Source: Alphaproteobacteria bacterium | GTDB taxonomy: Bacteria; Pseudomonadota; Alphaproteobacteria; SHWA01 | Direction: 5' to 3' | Assembly: GCA_009693995.1 (NCBI GenBank) | Contig: SHWA01000004.1 | Coordinates: 1 to 56,687, forward strand | Length of the DNA: 56,687 bases | Part shown: in pieces, positions 34,700 to 45,813 of the stretch | Layout of the letters: each line of letters begins with the position of its first letter | Numbering within the stretch: the stretch's first letter is position 1 | Position numbers and translations under genes: made by a program | Notes under the pieces: model-generated | Seen by the model: only the letters and a program-made list of their open reading frames with translations | Told to the model about the DNA's origin: nothing | Databases searched by the model: none

Positions 34700-34818
34700 G
34701 CCGCCGGTTGCGGGGCGCGGCAGCAGCGTTGTGCCGGCACTTGGTGATTGGCAAAATGCGCGCCGGCGTTCAATCCCGCGACCGAGCGGGGTCGGTGCCT
34801 GACGTAACGGGGGAGACA

Positions 34819-35693
34819 ATGCGGGAAATCGGGATTATCGGCCGAGCGTTGCTGGTCGCGGGGATCATCCTGAGTTGCGCGAGCACGGCGGTGCTGGCGG
34901 CATCGACCAAGACCGTGATCGGCAAGAGCCAGAGACTCGGTCAGGGGTCGGCCAACATGTACGCTGCCTTCGACGAGAAGGGCGCGCCGCTTGCCTTCGG
35001 CTTCAACTTCTCCAAGGGCGCGTTGCAGGGGCTGCCGACCACGCCGAACCCGAAGAGCCTGTGCGTCGACGCCAATGGCGACGGCAAGACCGATCTCGCA
35101 AGCGAGTGCCTCGGCGACTATTCGCTCATCTTCGCGATGCCGGAAGGCGCGGCGGCGATGGCTCCGTTCAAGTGGCCATGGTCGACTGGAACCCGCACGG
35201 GCATCAAGCACCGGCGCCGCCACCCTGGTCGGCGCCCCACTTCGACTTCCATTTCTATGTCGCCGACCGCGCCTCGGTGGAGGCACTGCGGCCGGGAAAG
35301 TGTGCCGAGCTGCTCGATTGCGCGGACTTCGAGCGCGCCAGGAAGCTGATCCCGGCACGCTACATCCATCCCGACCGCATCGATGTCGGCGCCGCGGTGC
35401 CCGCGATGGGCAATCACCTGATCGATTCGAAGTCGCCCGAGCTCGCACCCGGCGGCCCGCCGTTCACCCACACCTTCATCGTCGGTTCCAACGACGGGCA
35501 CGTCATCTTCTACGAACCCATGGTCACCAGCGCCTATCTGGTGAGCGGACCGGAAATATGCGCGTCAATCAAGCAGCCCAAGGGATGGGAGGTCGCCGGT
35601 TATTACCCAACCAAGTATTGCATCCGGGTTTCGGGTCGCGGAGGACGGCATACGGTCTCGCTCGAGGGCTTCGTCTGGCGCGCGGCGAATTGA
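34819..35693 (+). pseudogene. Secreted DUF5602-like protein, frameshifted near 35175
   Basis: Signal-peptide frame ends at KW; DWNPHGH..PHFDFHFY..VPAMGNH..FYEPM is in another frame; one G missing in TGG(G)CC. Confidence 0.65.
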
Positions 35694-35784
35694 GGCGGAG
35701 CCGGCACCGACCGGCGATCCGCGCGATCGATTGGTTTTCGCCGGTTCGCGTCGCAGCAACCAAGGCCAGGCGGAGGATTACATC

Positions 35785-36472
35785 ATGCTAAAACTGAACC
35801 TGATGAAACCGAGCGTGAACTGCATGCCCGTGCGCGTGCTGGTGCGCGCGGCCGGCCTCGAATTCGAGGAGGTCGACGTCTATGGCAAGACCCGCTCGCC
35901 CGAGTTCCTGAATGAAGTTCCCGGCACACCTGACGCCCATGATCGAGAGCGCCGCTCTGCCTAGGGGCGGGATGTGGGAGGGCTGCGCGATCATGCAATA
36001 TCTCTGCAACCAGCACGGGCTGACGCAGTTCTACCCGGCCGACCCGGCGGCGCGCGCCATGATCGACAGCGCGATGTTCTATCTGGTGGGCACGCTCTAC
36101 CCGCTGGTGGCCCGCGCCACCTACCCCGTGTTCGGCTTCCCCCTCTATCCGGGCGAGGTCGGCGACAGCGATGCGAGCGCCGCCAAGAAGGAAGAGGCGC
36201 GCAAGGCGGCGGCCGCCGCCCTCGCCGAGCCGCTCGAGGCGATGCGGGGCTTCTTCTTGGCCAATGGCCCGTTCATCGGCGGGAGCACGCCATCGATCGC
36301 CGATTTCAAGTTCGCCTCCACGCTCGAATTTCTGGCGGGGACCGACTATCCCTTGCCGCAATGGGCACGCACCTACGTCGCGGCGACGGAGAAAGCGCTG
36401 GGCAAGGCCTATGCCGAGCCGGCCGCCGACGTGCGCGGCTACATCCAATACGTGAAATCTCAGCGCAACTGA
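35785..36472 (+). pseudogene. Glutathione S-transferase family protein, frameshifted near 35911
   Basis: MLKLNLMKPSVNC...TRSPEFL, then one extra A, then MKFPAHLTPMIE...WEGCAIMQYL...SIADF. Confidence 0.75.
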
Positions 36473-36482
36473 GAGGGAGACC

Positions 36483-36974
36483 ATGATCAAGGGTCTGCAC
36501 CACAACGCCTACCGCTGTAGATACTCCGAGGAGACGCGGCGCTTCTACGAGGATTTCCTGGGGCTGCCGCTGGCGGGGACGCTGGACATCAAGGAGACCA
36601 AGAGCGGGCGGAAGACCGAGACCCTGCACACGTTCTACCGGTTGGGCGACGGCTCGTTCCTGGCGTTCTTCGAGGCGCCCGACCAGCCGTTCGAGTTCAA
36701 GCACCAGCACGACTACGATCTGCGCATCGCGCTCGAGGTCGCGCCCGCGGACCTGCACGCGATGTTCGCCAAGGGAAACACGGCCGGGATCGAGACTCGG
36801 GGCATCGCCGATCACGAGTTCATCGATTCGATCTATTCCCGCGATCCCAACGGTTACGTCATCGAGCTGACCGCCAAGCGTCCGGGCACCGACCAGGCCC
36901 TCGCCCCGGCCCGGAACCACGCCCGCGAAACCCTCGCCGCCTGGCAGGCCGGCAAGGCCAAGTCGGCGGCGTAA
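36483..36974 (+). CDS. VOC/glyoxalase family protein
   Basis: GLHHNAYRC, FYEDFLGL, DPNGYVIEL. Confidence 0.88.
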   Translation: MIKGLHHNAYRCRYSEETRRFYEDFLGLPLAGTLDIKETKSGRKTETLHTFYRLGDGSFLAFFEAPDQPFEFKHQHDYDLRIALEVAPADLHAMFAKGNTAGIETRGIADHEFIDSIYSRDPNGYVIELTAKRPGTDQALAPARNHARETLAAWQAGKAKSAA

Positions 36975-36987
36975 ACGTCCGAGGGGC

Positions 36988-39360
36988 TCAGGGACGCCAC
37001 GGGGAGAAGCGGCGGAGGAGCACCTTCTCCACCTCCAGCGCGGCGAACAGCAGCACCCCGACGCCGACCACCGCCGCCGCCTCGGCGAGGGCGAGCGCGC
37101 GGGTCGCGAACAGCGCCTGCATCACCGGCAGATAGGTGAAGGCGATCTGCGCTACCACCACTCCGCCGACGCCGAGCAGGGCCGCCGGCGTGCCGAGTAC
37201 GCCCTGCCAGGTGAGCGAGCGACCGCGCAGGTAGCGCACGTTGAACAGATAGGCGATCTCCATCACCACCAGCGTATTCACCAAGATGGTCCGCGCCGCC
37301 TCGAGGCTAAGGCCGCGCTCCAGTGCCCAGAAGAACATGCCGAAGGCGCCGAACACGAACAGGACCGTCACCAGGGCGACGCGCCAGGCGAGAAAGGGCG
37401 TCAGCAGTGGCTGGCGCGCGGGCCGCGGCGCCCGCCGCATGGCGTCCGGCTCGGGTGGCTCGAAGGCGAACGCCAGGCCGAGCGAGACGGCGGTGACCGT
37501 GTTGATCCAGAGGATCTGCACCGCCGTCAGTGGCAGGGTCACGCCGAACAGGATCGCAGCGATGATGGCTCAGGCCTCACCGCCGTCGGTCGGCAAGGTC
37601 CATGCGATCACCTTGACCAGATTGTCGTAGACCGTGCGCCCCTCGCGCACGGCGGCGACGATCGAGGCGAAGTTGTCGTCGGCCAGGACGATCTCGGCCG
37701 CCGCCTTCGCCGCCTCGATTCCCTTGCGCCCCGTGGCGATGCCGACGTCGGTCTGCTTGAGGGCCGGGGCGTCGTTCACCCCGTCGCCAGTCATGGCCAC
37801 CACCGCGCCGTCGGCCTGGAGCGCCCGCACCAGGCGGAGCAGGGTGAACCCTCCCGCCACGGCGTCGTGGGAGAGCGCACTGGTCTCCGCCGGCGTCGGC
37901 TTGCTGGCGAGCGCGAGGACGCGCTGGCCGTCGGCGGCGAGGGCCTGGATGCGCGCGTTCCACCAGGCCCAGTCCACCGGCGCGTCCCCCGCCGGCACGC
38001 GCGCGTCACGGCACCGGGCCAGCACCGCCTCGGGCGCGCCCTTGATGCAGGCGAACACGTGCCCTTCGTGGCCGTGGTGCAGTGTCGCCATGAAGCGGTG
38101 CTGAGAGTCGAAGGAAATCTTGTCGCGGCGCGGGTACGCCCGGCGGGTGGCGTCCGCTTCCAGCCCCGCCTTCAAGGCGAAGGCGACCATGGCTCCCTCC
38201 ATCGGGTCGCTCTCCACGTGCCAGGTTCCGCCCGAGTCGCGCAAGGAGGCGTCGTTGCAGAGGAGCGCGACCCGCGCCAGATCGGACAGCGGCCCCTCCG
38301 GCTCGGGCTCCATCTCCGCGTCGCCGCGGCGGAAGCCGCCGCGCGGGGCGTAGCCGGCGCCCGTCACCGTGAGCGAGTCGTCGGCGGTGACAACTGTCGC
38401 GACCATCATTTCGTTGCGCGTGAAAGTCCCGGTCTTGTCGGCGCAGATGACCGTGACCGAGCCGAGCGTCTCGACCGCCGGCAGACCTTCGGGGATGGCG
38501 GCGACGGCCAGGCCCACGACCGCCAGAAAGGCGTCGGCGGGGGCATAGCCGCGCCCCAGGATCGCGACCGCGAACACGACCGCCGCGGTGGCGAGGACCA
38601 TCCCCGTCAGCCGCCGCGCGAAGCCATCCATCTGCCGCACCAGCGGCGTGGTCAAAGCCGCGACGCTGCCGAGGAGGCGGCTGATGCGGCCGAGTTCGGT
38701 CGCCAGTCCGGTTGCCACCACCACGCCGGCCCCCTGGCCCGCGGCCACCAGGGTGCCGGAATAGGCCATGGACCGGCGATCGCCGAGCGCCTCTGCCAGC
38801 GCCACCGGCGCCGGCGACTTCTCGGCGGCGACCGATTCGCCGGTGAGGACCGCCTCGTCGATGCGCAGATGACACGCGCGCAGGAGTCGCAGATCGGCCG
38901 GCACACGGTCTCCGGGTTCCAGCAGGACCACGTCGCCGGGGACCAGAGCCTCGGCCGCGACGGTCACGCGGCGGCGGTCGCGCAAGACCGAGGCGCGCGG
39001 GTCGATCAGACCGCGGATCGCCTCGAGCGCGACCGTCGCCTGCCCCTCCTGGACGAAGCCGATCGCGGCATTGACGGCCACCACCAGCAAGATCATCGCT
39101 GTATCGGTGCCGTGGCCGAGAACCAGGGTGATGCCCGCGGAACCCAGAAGCACATAGATCAGCAGATTGTCGAACTGGCGCAGGAACCGTACCAACGCGC
39201 GCTCGGGCACTGCCGTTGGCAGGCGATTGGGACCGTGCAGAGCCAGCCGGCGCGCCGGCTCGACCATGCCCAAGCCGTCCCGCCCCGCCGCCATGCGCTC
39301 CAGCACCATGGCCTCGGGCAGCGCGTGCCAGACGGCGGGGGCGGGATCCTTCGCGGTCAT
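36988..39360 (-). pseudogene. Cation-transporting P-type ATPase (P2A-like) pseudogene
   Basis: TGES, PEGL, DKTGT, KGAPE and GDGVND present, but in-frame TGA at 37570-37572, and the DPPR/TGD segment and post-PEGL helix are missing. Confidence 0.88.
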
Positions 39361-39441
39361 GGCCGTAGCCTACCCGGCTGGCCGCGATCCGTGTATCGTC
39401 GCCGGTGAGCACGCGCCGCGCATTCCGGGAGCAGACCGCCC

Positions 39442-40758
39442 ATGAACTACCACACCACCGCCAACACCCTCGAACACCTCTGGATGCCCTTCACCGCCAA
39501 CCGCGATTTCAAGGAGAACCCGCGGCTATTCGTGAAGGGACAGGGGGTCTATCTCTGGACCCACAAGGGCGATCAGGTGTTGGACGGGGTGAGCGGCTTG
39601 TTCTGCGTCGCCGCCGGCCATGGCCGGCCCGAGATCCGCGACGCCGTCATGCGCCAGCTCGATACTCTCGACTACGTGCCGCACTTCCAGTTCGGCGCGC
39701 CGCCGTCCTTCGAGCTGGCGCGGCGCATCGCCGCGATCACGCCGGGCGATCTCAATCGCGTGTTCTTCTGCAATTCGGGGTCGGAAGCCGTGGACACCGC
39801 CCTCAAGGTCGCGCTCGCCTACCACCGCGCCCGCGGCGAGGGCACGCGCACTCGTATCGTCGGGCGCGAGAGGGCCTACCACGGGGTCAACTTCGGCGGC
39901 ATGTCGGTCGGCGGCATGGTGAACAATCGTAAGACCTTCGGCCTCGGGCTGCCGGGCGTCGTGCACATGCGCCACACCCAGTTGCCCGAGCACAAGTTCG
40001 TGCGCGGCCAGCCGGAGACCGGCGCCCTGCTCGCCGACGACCTGCAGCGCATGGTCGACCTGCACGGCGCCGACACCATCGCCGCCTGCATCGTCGAGCC
40101 GGTCGCGGGCTCGATCGGCTTTCTGGTTCCGCCCAAGGGCTATCTCGAGCGCCTGCGCGCGATCTGCGACCGCCACAGCATCTTGCTGATCTTCGACGAG
40201 GTGATCTGCGGCTTCGGCCGGGTGGGAAAGGCTTTTGGCGCCCAGGCGTTCGGCGTTACCCCGGACGCCATGACCATGGCCAAGGCGCTGACCAACGGCG
40301 CCATCCCCATGGGTGCCGTGGCCTTCCGGGAAGGGATCTACGACACGATCGTGAACTCGGCCGCTCCGGGCGCGATCGAGCTGTTCCACGGCTATACCTA
40401 TTCGGCCCATCCGGTGGCGAGCGCGGCCGGCTGCGCGACCCAGGAAATCTACGTGCAGGAACGCCTGTTCGAACGCGCGGCCAAGCTGTCGCCGGCGTTT
40501 CTAGACGCGGTCTTCTCGCTCCGCGAGCTGCCCATCGTCACCGACATCCGCGGCTACGGCCTCCTGGCCGCGATCGACGTGGCCCCCTTGGGCACACCCG
40601 GCACGCGCGGCTTCCAGATCATGAAGCAGCTCTACGAGGCCGGGCTCCTGGTCAAGATGACCGGCGATGCGATCCTGATCTCGCCGCCGCTGGTCTCGGA
40701 AGAGAAACACTTCGACGAGCTGGTCGCCAAGGTCAAGGCGACCCTGCAGAAGCACTGA
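39442..40758 (+). CDS. Class III (omega-amino acid:pyruvate) aminotransferase
   Basis: WMPFTANR, NSGSEAVD, YHG, FDEVICGFGR, TMAKAL, HGYTYSAHP. Confidence 0.92.
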   Translation: MNYHTTANTLEHLWMPFTANRDFKENPRLFVKGQGVYLWTHKGDQVLDGVSGLFCVAAGHGRPEIRDAVMRQLDTLDYVPHFQFGAPPSFELARRIAAITPGDLNRVFFCNSGSEAVDTALKVALAYHRARGEGTRTRIVGRERAYHGVNFGGMSVGGMVNNRKTFGLGLPGVVHMRHTQLPEHKFVRGQPETGALLADDLQRMVDLHGADTIAACIVEPVAGSIGFLVPPKGYLERLRAICDRHSILLIFDEVICGFGRVGKAFGAQAFGVTPDAMTMAKALTNGAIPMGAVAFREGIYDTIVNSAAPGAIELFHGYTYSAHPVASAAGCATQEIYVQERLFERAAKLSPAFLDAVFSLRELPIVTDIRGYGLLAAIDVAPLGTPGTRGFQIMKQLYEAGLLVKMTGDAILISPPLVSEEKHFDELVAKVKATLQKH

Positions 40759-40767
40759 GGCAGAGCC

Positions 40768-41160
40768 ATGGCGCGCCTGAAGAAGCACACGCCGCGAGAA
40801 ATCGTGCAGCCCTTCGCCGCCTACAGCCAGGGGGTCGAGGTGCCGCCCGGCGCGCGCTGGCTGTTCATCGCCGGCCAGGTCGGCGAGGCGCGGGACGGCA
40901 CCATCCCGAAGGACTCGCAGGCGCAGGTCGACCTGGCGTGGGCCAACGTGCTGGCCGTGCTCGCCTCGGCCAGCATGGGGCCGGAGGACCTGGTGCACGT
41001 CAACGTGTTCATCACCGACGCCGCCGACGTCACGCTCAACCGCAACTCGTGGCGCAAGATCTCCAAGGACGGCGGCCCCGGTATCACCATGGTGACGGTC
41101 AAGCGCCTGTCCCATCCCGACTGGAAGGTTGAGGTGCAGGCGGTCGCGGCCAAGGCCTGA
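40768..41160 (+). CDS. RidA/YjgF family protein
   Basis: YSQGV, FIAGQV, VEVQAVA. Confidence 0.88.
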   Translation: MARLKKHTPREIVQPFAAYSQGVEVPPGARWLFIAGQVGEARDGTIPKDSQAQVDLAWANVLAVLASASMGPEDLVHVNVFITDAADVTLNRNSWRKISKDGGPGITMVTVKRLSHPDWKVEVQAVAAKA

Positions 41161-41178
41161 ACGGGCGGAGCTCGCGGC

Positions 41179-42054
41179 TCAGACCTTGCCCTTCCACGGC
41201 ACCAGGATGGTCTCGAGCCAGCGCATCAGGAGCTCGAACAGATAGGCCACCACGCCGATCAGGATGATGCCGAGAATCACCACGTCGGTGCGCAGGAAAT
41301 TGGACGCGTTGAAGACCATCTGACCGAGGCCCGCGGTTGCCGCCACCATCTCGGCGGCGACCAGGGTGGTCCAGGCCACCCCCATGCCGATGCGCAGGCC
41401 GACCAGGATTTCCGGCAGGGCTGAAGGCAGGATCACGTGCCACAGCACCTGGTTCGATGTCGCCCCCATGGAGAGGGCGGCGTGGATCTGCTCCTGGCTC
41501 GCCGAGCGCACGCCCGAGCGCGCGGCAAGCGCGACCGGCGCGAAGCACGCCAGGAACAGGAGGATGATCTTGGAGCTCTCGTCAATGCCGAACCAGATGA
41601 TCATGAGGGGCAGGTAGGCGAGCGGCGGTAGGGGTCGGTAGAACTCGATAATCGGATCGAACACGCCCCGCGCCCAACGGCTGACCCCCATGCCGAGGCC
41701 GACGGGAATGCCGAGGAGAATGGCGGCGATGAAGGCCGAGAACACGCGCGCGAAGCTGACGCCGAAATGCACCAGGAGCGTGTGGTTGTCCAGCTCGCCC
41801 CCCATGGCCTGGTTGAAGGCGAACCAGACTGCCTCCGGCTTGGGCACGAACAGCGGCTTGACCAGTGGCAACTGGATGCCGAGGAACACCATGTCGCGCG
41901 TCATCAGCCACCAGAACGCGAACAGCACCACCACCGAGACCACGCTGATGACACCGCTCGATCCTTCGCCGGGAGCATGGTAGCGGCTGGTGGTCGGCTT
42001 GGCCTCGGTGGCCCCGGCCGCCGCGGCGGGCGTGGTGTCAACATGGTCGGCCAT
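41179..42054 (-). CDS. tauC: Taurine/sulfonate ABC transporter permease
   Basis: DPIIEFYRPLPPLAYLPL, WTTLVAAEMVAA. Confidence 0.88.
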   Translation of the reverse strand: MADHVDTTPAAAAGATEAKPTTSRYHAPGEGSSGVISVVSVVVLFAFWWLMTRDMVFLGIQLPLVKPLFVPKPEAVWFAFNQAMGGELDNHTLLVHFGVSFARVFSAFIAAILLGIPVGLGMGVSRWARGVFDPIIEFYRPLPPLAYLPLMIIWFGIDESSKIILLFLACFAPVALAARSGVRSASQEQIHAALSMGATSNQVLWHVILPSALPEILVGLRIGMGVAWTTLVAAEMVAATAGLGQMVFNASNFLRTDVVILGIILIGVVAYLFELLMRWLETILVPWKGKV

Positions 42055-42059
42055 GGCCG

Positions 42060-42857
42060 TTACCCGACCGCCGCCTGGGGGTCCACGTCGCGCCGCTGCA
42101 CCTGGGCGAGCACTTCCTCGCGTACGCGAATGAAGTAGGGGTCGGACTTTACCTTGCGCGCGTCGTGGGAGGCGATGTAGCGCCGCCCGAAATCGAGTTC
42201 GTAGGTCTTCTCGATCTTGCCCGGCCTGGGCGTCATCACCACCAGACGGGTGGCCAGGAATACCGCTTCCTCGACCGAATGGGTGATGAAGAAGATCTGG
42301 CGCCCGGTCCGGTGCCAGACATCGAGGATCACCTCCTGCACCTGTTCGCGGGTGAGGGCATCGAGGGCACCCAGCGGTTCGTCCATCAGCAATACCTCGG
42401 GGTCGGAGGCGAGCGCGCGGGCGATGCCGACCCGCTGCTGCATGCCGCCCGAAAGCTCGTAGATCATGCGGTCGGAGAAGTCGGTCAGCGAAACCAGCGC
42501 CAGCTTCTCCAGCGCCACGGCATGGCGCTGGGGGCGGCCCATGCCGCGCATTTTAAGACCGAAGGCGACGTTGTCGATCACGCTCAGCCATGGCATCAGA
42601 GCGTGGCGCTGGAAGACCACCCCGCGGTCGGCGCCGGGGCCGACGATGGCACGGCCGTCCAGCGTGACGCTGCCCTCCGAGGGGCTGAGAAAGCCGGCGA
42701 TCACGTTGAGCAGCGTGGTCTTGCCGCAGCCCGAGGCGCCGAGGGCGACGGTAAACTCGCCGGCGCGCATGGTCAGGTTGATCTGGCTCAAGGCATCGAT
42801 GATGCCCTGCCCCGTTTGGTAGCGAACCGAAAGGTTCCTAACTTCCAGGATCGACAA
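42060..42857 (-). CDS. tauB: Taurine/sulfonate ABC transporter ATP-binding protein
   Basis: [29 protein letters not shown]; TTG start after GAGGT. Confidence 0.9.
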   Translation of the reverse strand: MSILEVRNLSVRYQTGQGIIDALSQINLTMRAGEFTVALGASGCGKTTLLNVIAGFLSPSEGSVTLDGRAIVGPGADRGVVFQRHALMPWLSVIDNVAFGLKMRGMGRPQRHAVALEKLALVSLTDFSDRMIYELSGGMQQRVGIARALASDPEVLLMDEPLGALDALTREQVQEVILDVWHRTGRQIFFITHSVEEAVFLATRLVVMTPRPGKIEKTYELDFGRRYIASHDARKVKSDPYFIRVREEVLAQVQRRDVDPQAAVG

Positions 42858-42962
42858 GGGAGGCACCTCGGGCCGTTGCGATCGGGTCGTGCCCGCACCG
42901 GCGATGGCCGGGCGACGACGGTGGGCGGCGGGCCCGGCCAGCATTGGCCGGGCCCGGGTCGC

Positions 42963-43976
42963 CTATTTCTTCATTGCCGCCTTGACGTAAACGTCGGTCA
43001 CGAACTTGGAGTAGTCGGCCTGAACCGTGGTCACGCGGCCCTGCTCCTTGAGAAAGTTGGCGGTGTCGGTCAGCGCCTTAGCGACCCCGCCTTCCATACC
43101 ACCGCCGAGCCAGGTCTTGGACGCCTCCTCCTCCAGGGTGGGGAGGCCGTAGGAGGCCATCATCGCCGGCACGTCGGGCAGGTCGGCCTTGGTCACCTTG
43201 GCCACCGCCTTCGCCTCGGCCGAATCGGCCGTCCACTTGGACCGGTTGGCCTTGTACTTGGCGTTGGTCGCCTCGATCACCTGGATCATCTTGACCAGGA
43301 AGTCGGTGTTCTTCTCCGCCCAGGCCTTGTTGACGATCATGCAGTCGAAAGTCGGCCGACCCATCTTGGCGATGTCGGTAGCCGACATCAGCACCTTGCC
43401 GTTCTTCTTGATCTTCGAGAGCACCGGGTCCCAGACGAAGGCGGCGTCGATATCGCCCCGTTCCCAGGCGGCCGCGATCTCTGGCGGGCGCAGGTTGCGG
43501 ATGTCCGCGTCCTTCGGATTGACGCCGCCCTTCTCGAGCGCGAACAGCAGCTGGTAGTGGGAGGTGGAGACGAATGGCGTGGCCAGCTTCTTGCCCTTCA
43601 CGTCCTTGATCGAATTGATCCCTGAGCCGTTGCGGGCGACCAGTTGCTCGCTCTCGCCGATGTCGTCGAGGATGTAGAAGACTAGGATGTCGAGGCCCTG
43701 GGAGGCCGCCGTCGCCGCCGGGCTCGATCCGACCTCGCCGATTGACACCGCGCCCGCCGCCATGGCCTTGATCACGTCGGCGCCGGTTGGAATCAGGCGC
43801 CAGTCGATCTTGTATCCGGTCGCCTTCTCGATCTCGCCGGAATCCATCGCCGCCCTCATCGGCAGTACCATGTCCTGGTGCGCGATAGTGACTTCCTTGG
43901 GCTGCGCCTGAACCGGCGACGCTGCCATGCCGAGCGCGAGAACCACCGCCAGCGCGCCTGAGACCGTTCCTCTCAT
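42963..43976 (-). CDS. tauA: Taurine ABC transporter substrate-binding protein
   Basis: Signal peptide; GSSP, TPFVSTSHY, PPEIAAAWERGDIDA; AGGAGG RBS. Confidence 0.9.
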   Translation of the reverse strand: MRGTVSGALAVVLALGMAASPVQAQPKEVTIAHQDMVLPMRAAMDSGEIEKATGYKIDWRLIPTGADVIKAMAAGAVSIGEVGSSPAATAASQGLDILVFYILDDIGESEQLVARNGSGINSIKDVKGKKLATPFVSTSHYQLLFALEKGGVNPKDADIRNLRPPEIAAAWERGDIDAAFVWDPVLSKIKKNGKVLMSATDIAKMGRPTFDCMIVNKAWAEKNTDFLVKMIQVIEATNAKYKANRSKWTADSAEAKAVAKVTKADLPDVPAMMASYGLPTLEEEASKTWLGGGMEGGVAKALTDTANFLKEQGRVTTVQADYSKFVTDVYVKAAMKK

Positions 43977-44147
43977 GTCCGTCCTCCTATGATCCAGAGC
44001 TCCGGTACCGGCACTGGTCGCGTGCGCTCCCGATGAGTCTCTGTTCTGGTTGCGACGGCCCAGAGCGGGCCGCCGATCCGCGACTTTCAAGCGACTGAAC
44101 GCTAGCGCAAGGGACCGGTGGAAGCCAGGGCGGCGACCGCCACGGCC

Positions 44148-44810
44148 TCAGCCCTGGGCCGGAATCGTGGGACGGAAGCGCATCTCCTCCTCGGGCGGCA
44201 TGGTCTCCTGCCACGCAGGCAGCTTGGCGATCCGGTCGCGCAAGGATTCCAGCTTGGGGAAGCTGCCCTTGGGGAACGCGTCGGGGAAGCCGTCGATTCC
44301 TGGGCGCTGGGCGAACTGGATGACAACCGCCGTGGTGATGTCGGCCTGGGTCATGCGCGCGCTCTCCAGCCAGGGAGTCTGCGGCAGCGACTCGAGCCAG
44401 GTGAGCGCCTCGCGGGTCTGCGACAGATTGTGGTCGATCCAGGGCTGATGCACCTTCTCCGGCGGATGCATGGTGAACTCGTAGACCGAGTGCACCACCT
44501 TCTCCAGCGCGCCCATGGCCGCAACCACCAGGCGCATGACCTTGTGCCGGCCGGGCTCGGTCAGCGGGATCAGGGCCTTATCAGGACCCACGGTCTGATC
44601 GAGATAGTCGAGTATGGCGTTGCTGTCGAACAGCACCTCGCCGTTGTCGAGGACCAGGGCCGGCACCCGGCCGACGGGGTTGTAGGAGCGCATCTCCTTG
44701 AGATTGCCCCAGGCTGTGATCGGCTTGTGGTCATAGGGAATGCCGAGGGTCTTCAAGCTGATGGCGGCGCGGCGGGCGAACGGCGAGCGGTAGCGGCCGA
44801 CGAGCATCAT
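44148..44810 (-). CDS. Glutathione S-transferase family protein
   Basis: RSPFARR, NPVGRVPAL, LFDSNAILDYLD; GGAGG RBS. Confidence 0.9.
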   Translation of the reverse strand: MMLVGRYRSPFARRAAISLKTLGIPYDHKPITAWGNLKEMRSYNPVGRVPALVLDNGEVLFDSNAILDYLDQTVGPDKALIPLTEPGRHKVMRLVVAAMGALEKVVHSVYEFTMHPPEKVHQPWIDHNLSQTREALTWLESLPQTPWLESARMTQADITTAVVIQFAQRPGIDGFPDAFPKGSFPKLESLRDRIAKLPAWQETMPPEEEMRFRPTIPAQG

Positions 44811-44945
44811 GGCGGCGAGTCCTCCGGAGACGGTTGCGGCCAAACCTAATGGTCGCCCCCTGGGCTGCCAAGCGGCGCCTCTCGACAGTCCGAATCGCCT
44901 GTGTCCAAATGCCGGCGCGACGCCTGCAACCGGGGGATTTAAAGT

Positions 44946-45806
44946 ATGGCCAGGACGCCGACCGCGAAAGAGATCGATCACATCAACCTCGAATACCTGC
45001 CGCGCCTGACGGTCAAGAACGCAGACGAGTACCTGCAGAAATCCGCCAAGCGCAGCGCCCGGGTGCGCAAGCAGCTCGCCTGTCACCTCGACGTCGCCTA
45101 CGGCGACACGGCGGGTCAGACGCTCGACGTCTTCCCGGCGGCACGCAAGGGCGCGCCGGTGCACGTCTTCATCCACGGCGGCTACTGGCGGGCGCTGGAC
45201 AAGCACATCTACAGCCATGTCGCCGCGCCCATGGTCGCCGCCGGGGCGACCGTGGTGCTGCCCAACTACGACCTCTGCCCCAAGGTGCGCATCACCGACA
45301 TCGTCGACCAGGTGCGCCGCGCGATCGTCTGGGTCTACAAGAACATCGCCCGGCACAACGGCGACCCGAAGCGCATCTTCGTCTCCGGCCACTCGGCCGG
45401 CGGGCACCTCACCGGCATGATGATCGCGACCGACTGGGCCAAGCTCGCCGGCCTGCCGAAGGATTTGATCAAAGGTACTGCGCCGCTCTCCGGCCTGTTC
45501 GACGTCGAGCCGCACCGCCACACCCAGTTGCAGCCGGACATCCGCCTGACCGCGCGCGAGGCGCGGCTGATGAGCCCGATGTTCCTGCCCCCCGTGGCCA
45601 CGGGGCCGGCCATCGTCGCGGTCGGCGGCGTCGAGCCGGACAGCTTCCACTGGCAGTCCCTGGAGTACGCCGCCCGGCTCCGCCTGCATGGGATCAAGGC
45701 CGAGTACGTCGCCACCCCCGGCGACAACCATTTCGCCATCATTGACCGCCTCGGCAACGCCAAGGACCCGCTCACCCGGGCGCTGATCGCGCAGATGGGC
45801 CTTTGA
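44946..45806 (+). CDS. Alpha/beta hydrolase (arylformamidase-like)
   Basis: FIHGGYW, GHSAGG, NHF. Confidence 0.88.
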   Translation: MARTPTAKEIDHINLEYLPRLTVKNADEYLQKSAKRSARVRKQLACHLDVAYGDTAGQTLDVFPAARKGAPVHVFIHGGYWRALDKHIYSHVAAPMVAAGATVVLPNYDLCPKVRITDIVDQVRRAIVWVYKNIARHNGDPKRIFVSGHSAGGHLTGMMIATDWAKLAGLPKDLIKGTAPLSGLFDVEPHRHTQLQPDIRLTAREARLMSPMFLPPVATGPAIVAVGGVEPDSFHWQSLEYAARLRLHGIKAEYVATPGDNHFAIIDRLGNAKDPLTRALIAQMGL

Positions 45807-45813
45807 CGAGCTA

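Noticed and set aside
37570-37572. In-frame TGA as selenocysteine or programmed readthrough
   Set aside because: The position is a hydrophobic TM residue, not a Cys site, and the gene has other inactivating deletions.
43977-44147. TauR direct repeats upstream of tauA
   Set aside because: One partial match (CTGGATCATA) and no properly spaced repeat.
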